The notes beneath the pieces are model-generated. The model did no database searches. It was not told the DNA's origin and saw nothing but the letters and a program-made list of their open reading frames with translations. From Eledone cirrhosa (Eukaryota), in NCBI GenBank assembly GCA_964016885.1, contig OZ024746.1, forward strand, positions 41,540,001 through 41,604,000: 64,000 nt of DNA, written 5' to 3'. This document shows positions 12,000 to 25,815 of the stretch, one piece after another. Position numbers and translations under genes: made by a program. Position 1 is the first letter of the stretch; every line of letters begins with the position of its first letter.

Positions 12000-12385
12000 A
12001 TGTTACCTTCTTTTCAGCATCAGTGAGGGCAAGTGTGCCATTATCATCCTGGACAGATTTCTCTCCAACAACATCACAATTTTCCTTGACACACTGCCTC
12101 TCAATCTAGAACACCTCATATCTTTGGTCTGCAAAACATGCTTAAATATTTTCTTTTCTTCTTCCCTCCTTACAAAGTATACTTGTCACCTAGCTCCTCT
12201 CCTAGCATCCAGGTAGTGCACATTGCTACCCACGATTCTTCCATTTTTTCCATGCCTGTCTCTTGGTCTTAATTGTCTCATCCACCTTAATGTTCCACCA
12301 CCAAATCACTCTCCTTCTGTTTGGAGCCCTGATCCAATCACAGATTTCAATGCTCCTCTATATTGACTGTCTCTGTTTGTTCTTG
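12000..12385 (-). mobile_element. Degenerate RTE LINE internal fragment
   Basis: Minus strand WWWNIKVDETIKTKRQAWKKWK, typical of the RTE endonuclease-RT linker. Confidence 0.65.
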
Positions 12386-12417
12386 GTGTATATATATATA
12401 TATATGTTATATGTGTA

Positions 12418-12471
<54 letters not shown>

Positions 12472-12475
<4 letters not shown>

Positions 12476-12754
12476 CACAAGCATAGTTTTAAAAATGCCG
12501 CACTGGCTAATACAACATCTCTAGCAGAAAAAATCAATAGTTATAAAAATAAGAATATAAAATATGATTTGACCTGGAGTGTGCTCAAAAGAGCCACCCC
12601 TTATCAAAATAATAGAAATGAATGTAGATTATGTTCCCAAGAACTATTTGAAATAATGAAGTCTAAGGATATCTTATTAAATAAACGACAGGAATTAATT
12701 ATATCGTGTAATCATAAACTAAAAAAAACATTTAAATATTATAAACCTAATTAA
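12472..12754 (+). pseudogene. C-terminal half of a PLE GIY-YIG endonuclease (Naiad-like), 5'-truncated
   Basis: HKHSF...TSLA....W.VL...Y...CRLC..E...LLNKRQELIISCNHK aligns with 39867-40373 and 43145-43795. Confidence 0.85.
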
Positions 12755-14019
12755 TAACATTATTTTAGAAATTAATTTAATTTAAATGTTAGTTAACCTA
12801 TAAATTTAATTTAATTAAAATTTTATTACAGATGAGAATATAAAATATTATGTAATCATAAATTGTGAAAAACCTTTAAATATTACTAATATATACTTAG
12901 TAATTTAATTTATAGATTAATTTTAATTTATTTAAACCTTTTATTATAATTCTTTTACAGATAAAATATAACAAAATAATATCGTGTATCCAATGACAGA
13001 GAAATAATTTTTAGTATTATAGACCTAATTAATATACATTTTAGAAATATATTTATAATTTGGTTTTAATTTTAATCAACCTAAAAATTTAATAAAAATT
13101 TAATTTTAATTTGCTTAAAATTAGTATCCTTATACAGACGAATTGCAGAATGTCATGTAATCATAGAATGGGATGTGTTTTGGATATATACCTAGTTAAT
13201 ATATTCTATGCAATTTTTTAAAAAGATATGTATATGTATATGTGTATGTGTATGTGTGTGTGTATGTATATGTGTATATATGTATATATATGTATATATG
13301 TGTGTATATATATGTATATATGTATGTGTATGTATATGTATATGTATGCGTATTAATTTTGATTTCTATTTGCATATAATTATATTATGCTATTGATGAA
13401 ATACAATATCTGCTTTATGTATTGTATACCTAATTAACATATACTATAGAAATAAATATATAATTTTTAATTTAGTTAACCTATAATTTATATTCTACTA
13501 CCGATGTAATACTTTATTTCATTTGTTTTTTTTCCCTATTACTAAATTCATTTCCTAATATTGATACCATAACGTTATTAACTTTAATTTAGTTATACTG
13601 TAATTAATACTCTACTACTATTTAACTTCAAAATTCTGCTTCAAATAGTATAAACCTAACTAATTTACACCTTAGAAATCAATATGTTAACTATCTTTGG
13701 TTTAGTTAACATATAATTAATGATATACTTGTTTATTTTGAGAAGCATAGATTTTGCCTTAGTTCTTGTTTGTCGTATTTCTTAACACTGAAACTATGTA
13801 AAAACATACATTGGATAAAGATACGGAAAATATTCTATGTTTCTTGAAACATATATTTACTTTGATCCCCTTCTCCAAACCCCCCCTTTCCCCCATACTA
13901 TTATCATCTGTATTTGTAAGCGTGTATGTATGAATATATATGTAGGTAGGTGTCTATATAGGTTTGGGTATTTATATCTAAATATAAAAATACATATATG
14001 CGCATGCAAATATGAATGT

Positions 14020-14410
14020 AAGATTGTGTGTGTATATATGAGTGTGTGTATGTATGTATATATGTGTATATATGCATGTATATATGTATGTGTATGTGAA
14101 TGTGTGTACGTATATGTGTATGTATGTGTATATATGTGTATATATATGTATATATGTATATATAGGAATATATATATGTATATATATATGTATATGTATA
14201 TGTGTGTGTATGTATGTGTGTGTATGTGTGTTGTATATATATGTATGTCTCTCTATTTATATATCTATCTTCTTATCTATGTGATATATGTGTGTGTATG
14301 TGCATGTATGCACATATATGTGTTTATGTGTATATATGTGTATGTGTGTATATATGTGTGTGTGCACACACATATATATGTGAGTGTGTATATGTGTCTG
14401 TGTATATGTA

Positions 14411-14470
<60 letters not shown>

Positions 14471-14845
14471 TGTCTATGTGTGAATATATGTCTATATTCG
14501 TATGGTTGTATATATGTATGTATATGTTTATATGTATGTATATATATATATGTATGTATGTATATATATATATATGTATATATATATATAGATATTATTT
14601 TTTATTATTATAATATAACTTATGTGTATGTATGTATAAGTGAGGTTGTGTATGTGTATATAATATGTGTATATATAAGTGTAAAAAAATATATATATAT
14701 ATGTGCATGTCTGTTTTTTATGTGTGTGTATATATATATATATATATACGTGTGTATATATATGTATATGTGGGTGTTTGTATGTGTATTTATGGTGGTA
14801 TGAGTGTGTGGGTATCTATGTATATATATATATGTATGTATGAGT

Positions 14846-14899
<54 letters not shown>

Positions 14900-15613
14900 A
14901 TGTATGTGTAGATATATATCTCTATTAATGCGTGTGTCTATGTATATACATATGCCTTTTTATTATTATTTTTATTTGTATGTCTGAGTTAGGTGAGGTT
15001 GTAGTGGTTTTTTATGTATATACGCATATATGGATGCCTATGTATTTGTATATATGAGTATAAGTAAGTGCATATGTATGTATGATTATATATCTAATTC
15101 TATGTATGAATATACATGTATATATATGTGTGTATGTAAGTTGTGTGTGTATGTATGTATATGTCTATGTATGTATATATATATATATATGTATATCGAT
15201 GTACGTGTATGTATGTACATGTATGTCTATGTATGTGTGTATGTATGTGTATGTATATTTAGGTGTATGTGTATATATATATATATTTATTTTTATATAT
15301 ATATATATATGTATGTGTGTATATATATATGTATATATCTTTATTATTTATTTTTTATATATATGTGTATGTGTGTATGTGTTGTGTGTGTGTGTGTGTG
15401 TATATATATCTTTATATATGTGTATGTGTATGTTCGTGTAGGTGTATGTGTGTGTATGACTTTATATGTATGTGAGTATGTGTGTATGCGTAAATATTTC
15501 TATGTGTGTGTACATGTATGTATGTGTATATATCTGTATGTGTGTGTATGTGTATTTGTATGTGTATATATATATATATATATATATGTTATATATATAT
15601 ATGTATATGTATA

Positions 15614-15656
<43 letters not shown>

Positions 15657-16300
15657 ATATGTTTTTCTATTTGTATATGTATGTGTGTATAGGTATATAC
15701 CTTTCTCTTTGTATTTCTAAGTTGTGTGATAGTGTAGTGGTGTTTGTATGTATATACCGATATATAGATGCGTAAGTATTTGTCTGTATGTATATATGTA
15801 AGTCTGTATATATTTGTGTGTATATATAGCTATGTATGTGTATATCTGTATGTATATTAGTATGTAAGTGTTGTATATGTGCATGTATGTGTGTGGTTAT
15901 ATATATCTGTGTCTATATAGTATGTGTGTTTATATGTATATGTGTGTGTATATGTACGTGTATATGCATATATATGTATATATATATATATATATGTGTG
16001 TATATATGTATGTGTATATGTGTATATATATATGTATGTGTATTTGTATGTATATGTGTGTATGTATGTATGCGTGTATATGTATATGTTTATATATGTG
16101 TGTGTATGTATGTTCTTAGTGTGGATGTGTGTATATGTATGTATGTGTTTATATATGTGTGTATATTTATGTATGGGTGTGTGTGTGTCTATGTGTATAT
16201 ATATGTATATTTATATATATATATATGTGTGTGTGTATATATATATGTATATATATATGTGTATGTGTATATATGTGTATATATATATATTTATTTTCTT
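14020..16300. repeat. Degenerate (TG/TA)n alternating purine-pyrimidine low-complexity tract
   Basis: Direct reading. Confidence 0.95.
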
Positions 16301-16962
16301 GATATATTCCTTTTTCTTTTTTCTTTTTTCTTTTTTCTGTTTTTCTTTCTATTCTTTCCTCTTTAATGTTTATTTATTTTTTATTTTTTATTTTTTTATT
16401 TTTTTATTTTTCTTAGTTTATAGATACATCTATATTAGGCAGTCTGCTCAGACCGTTGAATACTGACCCCTCCCCCCCCCCCTCCCACCTAATTTCTGTA
16501 TCTTGATCTAAAAATGTGTGTGCCAGTGTTTTATGTGAGTGAATTAATATCCATGTGCTTATGATTTTATATCCACATATATAAATGTGAGTGGGGGTGT
16601 GTGTGTGTTTGTATGTTCGTGGTTATGTGTATATTTATGCATATACGCGCGTGTATGTGTGATTGTACGGATATGTGTGAGTATGAAAAAATATATTTGT
16701 ATACTTAATTTCATAAGTGTCAATACGCATCTTATCTGTGCATTATAAATTTACAGAGACATTAACCTTGAAACTTTGTATTTGCATCCATCCTTTTAGT
16801 ATGCGTATACAAATTATACATACATTTTTGTAAAATATGTGTAAGGGTTTTACATGTATATACACACACCGAACTGCATTTAACCCTTTGTGTTTTCATT
16901 GGTCAATTTTGTTCCCAAACGGACCTGAAATTTTGAATTGTTGTTATTATCAATAAATATAC

Positions 16963-17117
16963 TTCATTATTTCTGAAGACGGCGTATATATGTGTTTGGT
17001 ATGTATATTTAATCTTGATAATTTGTATAATTTTGTATAATTTTGTACATAGATCTGTTGAATATGCATACCAATTCTAACACATATATATCCTAGAAAC
17101 GATCGTTAAATAATGAA
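16963..17117 (+). ncRNA. Type I hammerhead, family C (10-bp stem I, ~116-nt stem II domain)
   Basis: ttcattattt-CTGAAGA(16973)...GAAA(17096)-cgatcg-TT-aaataatgaa. Confidence 0.9.
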
Positions 17118-17162
17118 CTTTTTTTGTTTAATATAAGGAATTGTTTATTCATTATTTGTTTA

Positions 17163-17230
<68 letters not shown>

Positions 17231-17316
17231 ATATGTGTATGTGTGTGAATATATATATATATATATATATAAATATTTTGTATCTCCATTTCATATATAT
17301 ATATATGTTACATGTG

Positions 17317-17354
<38 letters not shown>

Positions 17355-17381
17355 TCATGTGTATGTATGTATGTATATATA

Positions 17382-17458
<77 letters not shown>

Positions 17459-17605
17459 TATTTTCCGTTGTGTTGTAATATAAATATTACACACAGTAGA
17501 TTATCAGCTCACGTAGAGTTTGCTCGACGGTTCCAGTTGTAGTTCCAAAAGTAATCCGGAGAAAAATAGAAAGATTTGAATGGATACAGTTTAGTTGAAA
17601 GGAAT

Positions 17606-17725
17606 TTATTGACACGTGTTTCTATAACAGTTACATAACCTAAAACAGCTGCTATCTACAAACTTTTAGTTATGCAGACATTCAATATTTCAATGTTATT
17701 ATTTACTGTCATTTCATCAGAATAA
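17606..17725 (-). ncRNA. Type I hammerhead, family D
   Basis: Reverse complement of the motif at 19084-19203. Confidence 0.88.
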
Positions 17726-18289
17726 TATTACTGAGGACCTATTTAGTTTTTATAGAGAATATTAGGAGGGAGGGGTGAAGTTGTTAGAAGAATAGTTGAA
17801 GGAGTGGTTTTTCGATAGCAGTGAGAATTCTTGGTGGCAGTGAGTAATTAGATTCCCATCTGTTGTTTTGACATTTTTTATAGAATATATTATTGGTTAT
17901 TTTTCTAAATCTATAGAAGGATTAGAGATAGTAAAGATATGCGTGGTTGGTTTTGTGTTTGCACTTAATTAACATTCAGACTTAAATTTTTCTTTCAAGT
18001 GTACGTATCCTTTCACCCACGCATTCATACACACATATATTTGCACACCTCTACAAAATACATATACTCACAATTCACATATTCATACTTACATATATAT
18101 ATACACATGCATACACATATATATACACACATGTATTCATGTACATACATACGCGCTCATGTGTATACATTTTCATACTCAACTTATCTTTATATACACA
18201 CGTATAGACATACACATATATACATACATACTCTAGTCCATGTGTACACACATACACATACATACACATCTATATACACATACATACAT

Positions 18290-18416
<127 letters not shown>

Positions 18417-19083
18417 AGCACTTTAATACATGAATACACTTACATCTAACTATACACATCAAACATATATATATATTTACTTATTTATATACATTTTCAC
18501 ATATATATACATACTTATGGACGTTTTTAGACACATTCATTATCGCATATTTGCACCTATTCTCATCAGCATATCTTTCCATTATTAGTGTGGTAATTTA
18601 AGGTTATTAATATATGTTGAGAAGAGATTGTTTTTATATTTTTCTAACTAGATTAAGGTTTATATAGTTGGGGGATGTCCCTCTTTTATGTAATATTCGG
18701 CTTGTAGTGGGAAAAAAGGGTTTTAGTTGTGTGACGGCAGAATAATGTTCGTTCAATTCTGTTATTCAGCAGTTTCTTCTTGTGTGTGATTATGTAATAA
18801 ATCTCAAGATTACACAATTTGCAGAAATTTTGGCTCCTGGAAAAAGCTTTGGGTTTTAGCTAATTTTTCCCATTTTAGGGTAAACTTATGATCGCTATCC
18901 CTGAGCGTCCAAGCTTTTTCTGCTAAAGTTGTTACATTTCTTTGGCTCTGGTGTTTTATTGAGTAAGAATGCCTTCAAGAATTCTCACTGCTATCGAAAA
19001 ACCACTCCTTCAACTATTCTTCTAACAACTTCACCCCTCCCTCCTAATATTCTCTATAAAAACTAAATAGGTCCTCAGTAATA

Positions 19084-19203
19084 TTATTCTGATGAAATGA
19101 CAGTAAATAATAACATTGAAATATTGAATGTCTGCATAACTAAAAGTTTGTAGATAGCAGCTGTTTTAGGTTATGTAACTGTTATAGAAACACGTGTCAA
19201 TAA
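19084..19203 (+). ncRNA. Type I hammerhead, family D (long stem II)
   Basis: ttatt-CTGATGA(19089)-a-atgacagt...actgttat-a-GAAA(19187)-cacgtg-TC-aataa; inner helix tgcataactaaaa/ttttaggttatgta. Confidence 0.88.
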
Positions 19204-19237
19204 ATTCCTTTCAACTAAACTGTATCCATTCAAATCT

Positions 19238-19295
<58 letters not shown>

Positions 19296-20007
19296 ATGTG
19301 TATATACAAACCTTAGAAAAGATAATTTGTAGATAAAAATGCATAATATAATATACCTACTATAACAACATGGCCTGTAATTCAGTGGAATTTACATTTA
19401 ACAAACACACAGCTATTAACTATAAACTACTCAAAATAATTCCATGGTCAATAGATGTGAGTTACAAACAACATATACACATACATCCGAACTACAACAC
19501 AAAAACGCTTGAGTGAAAATCACCTATCCAACTCTATCACGTGCTTTGCATTACACCTCACATAACATATACCTACATTGTCACCACATGTCTCTCTAAC
19601 ATATTGCATGCTATCTTAAACATTTATAACACTTATACATGCTCTAACATCCCACACGAAATATGTTTATTTCAACTGTATTACAACTCTTTCCTCATAC
19701 ATGCCTTATTGACTATATTGACTCCTGCATTGTACACCCATAACATTAACAGCTCTCCAATGTTAAGATATCTTATATCTTATGTCTATCCTATCCCACA
19801 TTTTTCCTTGCCTATAACTTTTTTGCCTATACATTTTGCTTATACCTCTTACACTTTCAACCAGTGCTGTCTGTAATTGTGTTCTCTCAAGCATAACATC
19901 TCTTTAACTCCTGACTCTCCACATGATGTCTATGACACTAACAACACTTATGTATCCTAAATGTTCTGAATGACTAGGACTTTAGTCACATGTTTTGACA
20001 TTCCCTA

Positions 20008-20054
20008 TGCTCTGATGATTTCAGACTTCCCTCTGGAAGAAACAATTGTCAGCA
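20008..20054 (+). ncRNA. Canonical minimal type I hammerhead followed by AATAAA
   Basis: tgct-CTGATGA-tttcaga-cttccc-tctggaa-GAAA-caattg-TC-agca-aataaa, about 40 nt before a (TA)n run. Confidence 0.9.
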
Positions 20055-21436
20055 AATAAATGTTCTAAACTAAAATTTGATCGTTTTAACACTTTGTATA
20101 TATATATATATATACAAATATATATCAATCATAACATTTCTTGTGTGGTTGTATGTGTATATATATATATATATACATACAACCACACAAGAAATGTTAT
20201 GATTGATATTGCTGAAAATGATAGAAACTCTTCAAAACATGCTGATATTAAGTTTCTATTTACAGAGAAATTTCATTTAGACAAAACTCATTTTATTGAT
20301 GTGACTTATCCTGTCTGAAAGTAAATTAAAGATTTTATCATCTCTTGAAATGACCTTCAGTTTTTGGCTCTTGGTGTGTATGAAGATTGATTCATCTCAT
20401 TATTCAATACACGCAAATTACTTATTGTCTATTATTATTTTATTGAGCTATCAGTAATTGCTTAGTCTTTTATAAGAAAAAGCAATATTTTGAACAGTGT
20501 CAATGAAATTATGACTGTCACATAATTAATATATTCGTCAGCCTGGTGTATTAGTGACAATAATTTCATATATTCATTAATGACCACTTTCCCCATTCTT
20601 GTGATTGACTCAAATTTATATTACAACTATACTCAATATAGATCAATGTTTGCATATTGTTTTTAGGGGAGGGAGAGTAGTTATTGAAGTTTGCCTCAAT
20701 ATATTGAATTGACAGCTGTGTATATCCAGTTTATTCTTGCATGTTGTAAGTGGTGACTAAAAGGGTTGCCAGGAAAAGCATCTGGCTGTAAAACATTGAC
20801 TAAAAAAAGTATCCTATGTCATGGGGCCCACATGTAAATGACTTGTTTAGTGTTGTTGTCTATGGAATTGACTGCAATATTGTACTTATTTTACTGACCA
20901 TAAAGGGATGAAGGGAAAATAAATCACAGTAAATTATTCATAAATTTTTTCTTATATCTAAAACTCTTTGTAAAACTACTCAGGTAAGCTTCGGTAAATT
21001 ATGATATGCCAATTGAACATAACAAAGCAACATATCCTCCTTACCTGTGGACAAAGACTTTCCTTGAAGCATATAAAATTAATTAAGTTTTTGAAATTAT
21101 CTCCCCTTGTTTGGAAATTATGAAAATATTGCTACTTGTTTTTTTTCTCCAAATGAGAGGGATAATTAAAATAATTCTTTTCTGTTTTTTTTTTGGGGGG
21201 GGGGGGGGAATACGGTGGATGGTGAGGGTTTATGTTATTCAGTACATTACTGCTCATTTTATTTAATGAGTAAGATTTGAACTTCAAACACTCAGTGCTT
21301 TTTTGTTCAGTACATTCATCAGTTTGTCACTGTTATCGATGTATATCAATACTGATTTGACTAACTTACTATCGGATATATTACAGCTGTCAGGCTTATG
21401 AATTACTGGAATTTTTTTTAACACACTGACGCATAT

Positions 21437-21557
21437 ATGAGTATATCTCGCTGAGGTTAACTTTGCCTTTCATCCTTAGTGGGTTGTTAAAATAAAGCAC
21501 AAGTAATGCACTGGGGGTAATTGATGGCCTTGTGCCAAAAGTAGAAACAATTATTAT
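21437..21557 (+). mobile_element. Deu/Nin-like tRNA-SINE (partial)
   Basis: ctgaggttaactttgcctttcatcctt...ggccttgtgccaaaagtagaaacaattatt. Confidence 0.75.
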
Positions 21558-23819
21558 AAATGTTCAAACAAAGACACACTTACAAAAATAAGTCACTCAA
21601 ATTTATATATAGATTGTACACATAAGTGTAGTGAATGTTAGATGCTGTTTTCTGAAGTTTGTCATCAGCCCTTCCTTCCTCAGTCATCTCTAGTGAGTGA
21701 TATTATCTCCCCTTCCAGATGGACGGAAGGCGCTCAAATTTATATATAGATTTTCAAACATAGTAGATCTCAGACTACTCAGACTACCTATATTCTTCCT
21801 TTTTAAAACAGTAGGGTGTGATTTAGAGGAGATTTGACAGCCACTTTTAGTAAGTTGAGAAACCATACAGAAGCTGCTTTATAGCTTGATGGTTCTTCTT
21901 ATTATTTGTCCACTTATTCCTGAGAGGGTCACGGGGGCAGCGTCCTCAAGCACTCATTTCAGTGGTTCTTGTCAGAAGCAACCATCACCAATTGATCCAG
22001 CTGGGTCCCCTAGAAAGATCAGCAATGCTCATGGATGTTATCCAAATATTTTGCTTGGGTTCTACCCCCTGGGTCTCCTGCTATTTGGTTTTGCCCATCA
22101 AACCTGTCCAGTGATTCTTTCCTGAGACATTCTAACAACATGCCCATAATATCAGAGCTGTGATATCTTAATTAAGGTATATGGTACTGCTTGTATACTT
22201 GTTAAAACAATTGTATATTCTTTTTCAAATTTTTAACTTAAATTGCATTAAATCACTCTTGCTCATCAATTAAATAAGTAACAATAGTCTGCTGACAAAA
22301 CTCAATCAGACATTTCTTTTGTATCTTATTCATGTATCAATCAATATAAACATTATAAAATCTTGATTTGAAAATCCCAGTGAGTTAAATTTTCCTTCAA
22401 ATGGTTTGACAAGTTATGCATCAATGATTATGAATTTTTCAATTTGATCATAGTTGTTCTTGTCATTTGGGATTAGATTAAATCTACTAGTTGCATGACT
22501 CCATCAAGAAAAAGAGAAATCACACTCATTAAACATATATATACAAACATGGTATAATACTTAGAAGGTAGTTTGGTCAACCCCTTTTACCAAGAGACAT
22601 TGACTTCATGTAGTCAGTCTAAGGTGGTTAATTTCTTCTAGACTAATAATTATAGAGAGAAATTGTTCATCAGGTAGTAAGTGGAGGGGAAAAGAATTGG
22701 CTCAGTCAGGAATTGCACTTGACTCAACCAACTTACAGCTAAACCTATTGTTTTAGAAAGACAAATAGATTTTATCTCAAGTTGCACTATCATAAGAATA
22801 ATCTATTGATCAATGGTGAACTTTTCCTTAAACATCCTATATTTAGGGTAGGCCAATTTAAAGTCAATATCTCTTTAATAAATCATATGTCTACTAAGTT
22901 ACCTATGTTTTGTTTATCTTTATTTATTTTTTATTTTTTACCAACTGCTACATTAAAAAATGTGCCAAAATCCTACTCATTCTCCTATTCTCTAGAGACA
23001 TTACTGAAGTGTTGTAAGCAAGATATTTTACTAAAAGTAAAAAAAAAGCTGATTAAGTTTTAGATGATCACTTATATTTCTCTTTTGTCATCTTAACATT
23101 ATCTATTGGACAGGTGTTGCCAAATTGCCAAAACATTGCAAAAAATTATAAAAAGAAAAATAATTCCCAAGAAGCAACATCTTACTTAGGTCTATGATCA
23201 TTAACCTGAATTTGATACCTTCTGAAAACTTCTAAATTACTTAAAAGTCCCCCACACGTCCTGTTTAAATTGAATTAATCAATCAATATTTTATTTATTG
23301 ATCTTGCAAAAGTGTAAAAGAGTAAATTGACTTTCATAATTAGAAACATAAGTGGGTTATTAGTGACTTCTAGGATGTTTGTTTCTTTACTTAAAACATT
23401 AGGGAGTAGTATTAAATATTAAGAAACTCTTGAGAGAGCTGGACAGCATAAGGTCTTCAGAGAAGATGCCCTTCTCATGAAATTGTTTCAGCCCTTAATG
23501 TCTTACATTCTAAGGGAGCTGGGCCACATCCAAGTTATAACTCCTGGGAATCCTTCTGTTGACACCTTTTAACCACTTAGATATCAGAGACTTGTGCATT
23601 TAAACCATATGGGGATTCTATTCCTGTTGGACAAGATTTGGCTGAGAATCCTCTCTGTTGCTTCTGCTTTCAACTTATATTTAAATACTTACCAAAAACA
23701 TTCGGGATATAATATACAGAGTGAAGAATTACACACAAGAATTAGAACCTTGTTGCAAACTTAGCTTGCAGTAAACTTACTATACATTTTTTATATATTC
23801 AGTACTCTATAATTATTTA

Positions 23820-24195
23820 AAACACATGACTTAGTGGTTAAAGTGTTGGGTTCACAATGAGGTTGTGAGTTTCATTCCTGGATCAGGTAGAACATTGTGT
23901 CTTTGAGCAAAACATTTTATTTTACATTGCTTCAATTCACTCAGTTGGAAAGAGTTGTGACATTACTGATGTCAAATTGTATCAGCCTTTGTCTTTCCTT
24001 TGGACAATATAGATGGCATGGAGAGGGAAGAATGACATTCATGGGCAATTGCTAGTTTTCCACAAACACAAATTATCCATGCTTGTGCGTTGGAGTAGAA
24101 CTCTTTAAGTTGCAGACCCATGGTCAGCCATGACTGAAGTGGTCTCTTCTTCTTCTTCTTCTTCTTCTTCTTCTTCTTCTTCTTCTTCTTCTTCT
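23820..24195 (+). mobile_element. tRNA-SINE ending in a (TCT)n microsatellite (24146-24195)
   Basis: catgacttagtggtta (A box), gtgagtttcattcc (B box), ttgagcaaaacattt motif. Confidence 0.65.
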
Positions 24196-24723
24196 ATAAT
24201 TACCCATCAAAATGCTACAAATAATGAAATTGTTCACTGTTCAAAATATTCCAAATATTTTGTTCGATATTTAATCATCTCCTATTCTTCAAAACAATTA
24301 ATTTTCTTTCACTCTGTGTTGGTATGTATTAACTGGAATACAATAACATCAGAAAACTCTTCTTTAAAACTCTATTGAGTTCTGGTTTTCTATATTCATT
24401 TCAGCATGTTTTATTACATGGTAAATTTTCTTTAAAAATTGTTGCAAATCTAAACAATAATTCTAAAGTGGCAGCAAACCAAAATGTCAAGCATTTTACA
24501 ACTAGATTTCAATAGATGTTATTTCTTTTATACTTTGGCTTCTTTTTTTTTTCATAAATAAAAGCAATATTTTTGGTTAAGTTTAATCATTTTGTTTCAG
24601 GGTGACTATCCTTATAGAATATAGCTCAGATTTCAATTGTAGCTATCAGATTTACATTAACTTCAGCTACTAAAAAAATTCTCAAATCTAATCAAACACC
24701 CTGCCAAAAAACACAGTAAAAAG

Positions 24724-24848
24724 ACAACAGTAGCAGTAGCAAGAACAACATTCTCTACCACAACAACAGTAGCAGTAGCAAGAACAACATTCTCTACCAC
24801 AACAACAGTAGCAGTAGCAAGAACAACATTCTCTACCACAACAACAAT
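24724..24848. repeat. 42-bp tandem repeat, 3 copies
   Basis: acagtagcagtagcaagaacaacattctctaccacaaca repeated with period 42. Confidence 0.95.
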
Positions 24849-25499
24849 AGCATAAAACAGTTGTAGCTGCAACAAAAACAATCAAGCACTTCTTTGTTTG
24901 CAACAAAATCTAAATATGCTGAGAGATTTTCTCTATCAAAATCTGTGTGTTCTTAGATAATTTATCTTGGTAAAGCAACATTGTTGAAATTATAGTTAGA
25001 AATTCTTGTGTCTTCATACATACAAATATTTGATAAAAACAATGCCTAGATAACTTCCTGGAAATACAAAAAATAGATCAATCTACTAACAAAACTTTTG
25101 TCAACATTCTGGAGACTACATCATCATGAAAGAATATATTTTATACTTGTTTCATAGTTTATTTTTAAACATTACACCGTTTTTAGCATAAATGACTAGT
25201 ATTAGACTAGAAAAGTGAAGTTCAAAATGTACCTCTAACCTAATTTAATTTGATTTGTTTGTTTGTTTCAGAATTTATTTTTTTTGTAAAATCAAGATTA
25301 AAGTTGCTTTTATAACTGATAAAAGATGGATAATATATCTGAAGTATGCAATTTAGAATTTTGGAAATTATCTTGTTAATGATGAAGAATGTTTGAGAAT
25401 CATGCCAAGATGCCATATGTAACTCACTAGTAGAGTCAATAAATGGTGATGAATATGACACTAGACTTTTGTTATTTCTTTAGAAGATATTCTTTAAAT

Positions 25500-25815
25500 G
25501 ACAACGATGATGATGACAACACCACTGCCACCACCACCACCATTTAACATATATTTTCCATGCATGCATGGGTTAGATGGATGGTCATGTTATAAAGCCA
25601 GACAGGTCCGATGACCATGTCTTACTCCTACAATCTGTTTTTGGCTTGTTTTTCTTACAGTATGGACTGGGAACTTTTTTGTAGCACCAGCACTATCACC
25701 AAACAGGGTGTACTGAGTACTTTTTGTTGTGACACCAATATGACAATCTTACAGAGTGGAACTGAATACTTTCTAATCATGGCACCAGTAGGATCACCTC
25801 TCAGATGGACTATGT
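25500..25815 (-). mobile_element. Old RTE-type 3' UTR fragment
   Basis: catttaac..ttttccatgc.tgcatgggttagatgg and acagtatggactgg sub-repeats. Confidence 0.55.

Larger units (their letters stand above)
12472..17172 (+). mobile_element. Putative PLE with a ~4.4-kb non-coding 3' region ending in an HHR
   Basis: GIY-YIG end, degenerate ~150-bp repeats, T/G-skewed (TG/TA) tracts, HHR at 16963 on the same strand, (TA)n on both flanks. Confidence 0.6.

Noticed and set aside
13837-16466. Long ORFs rich in Y/I/C/V/M (also 29483-30100, 36332-36961, 41511-42819 and others)
   Set aside because: They are translations of (TA)n/(TG)n tracts, which lack stop codons
24688-24906. Cys-rich metallothionein-like ORF
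   Set aside because: Produced by a 42-bp tandem repeat; no gene structure
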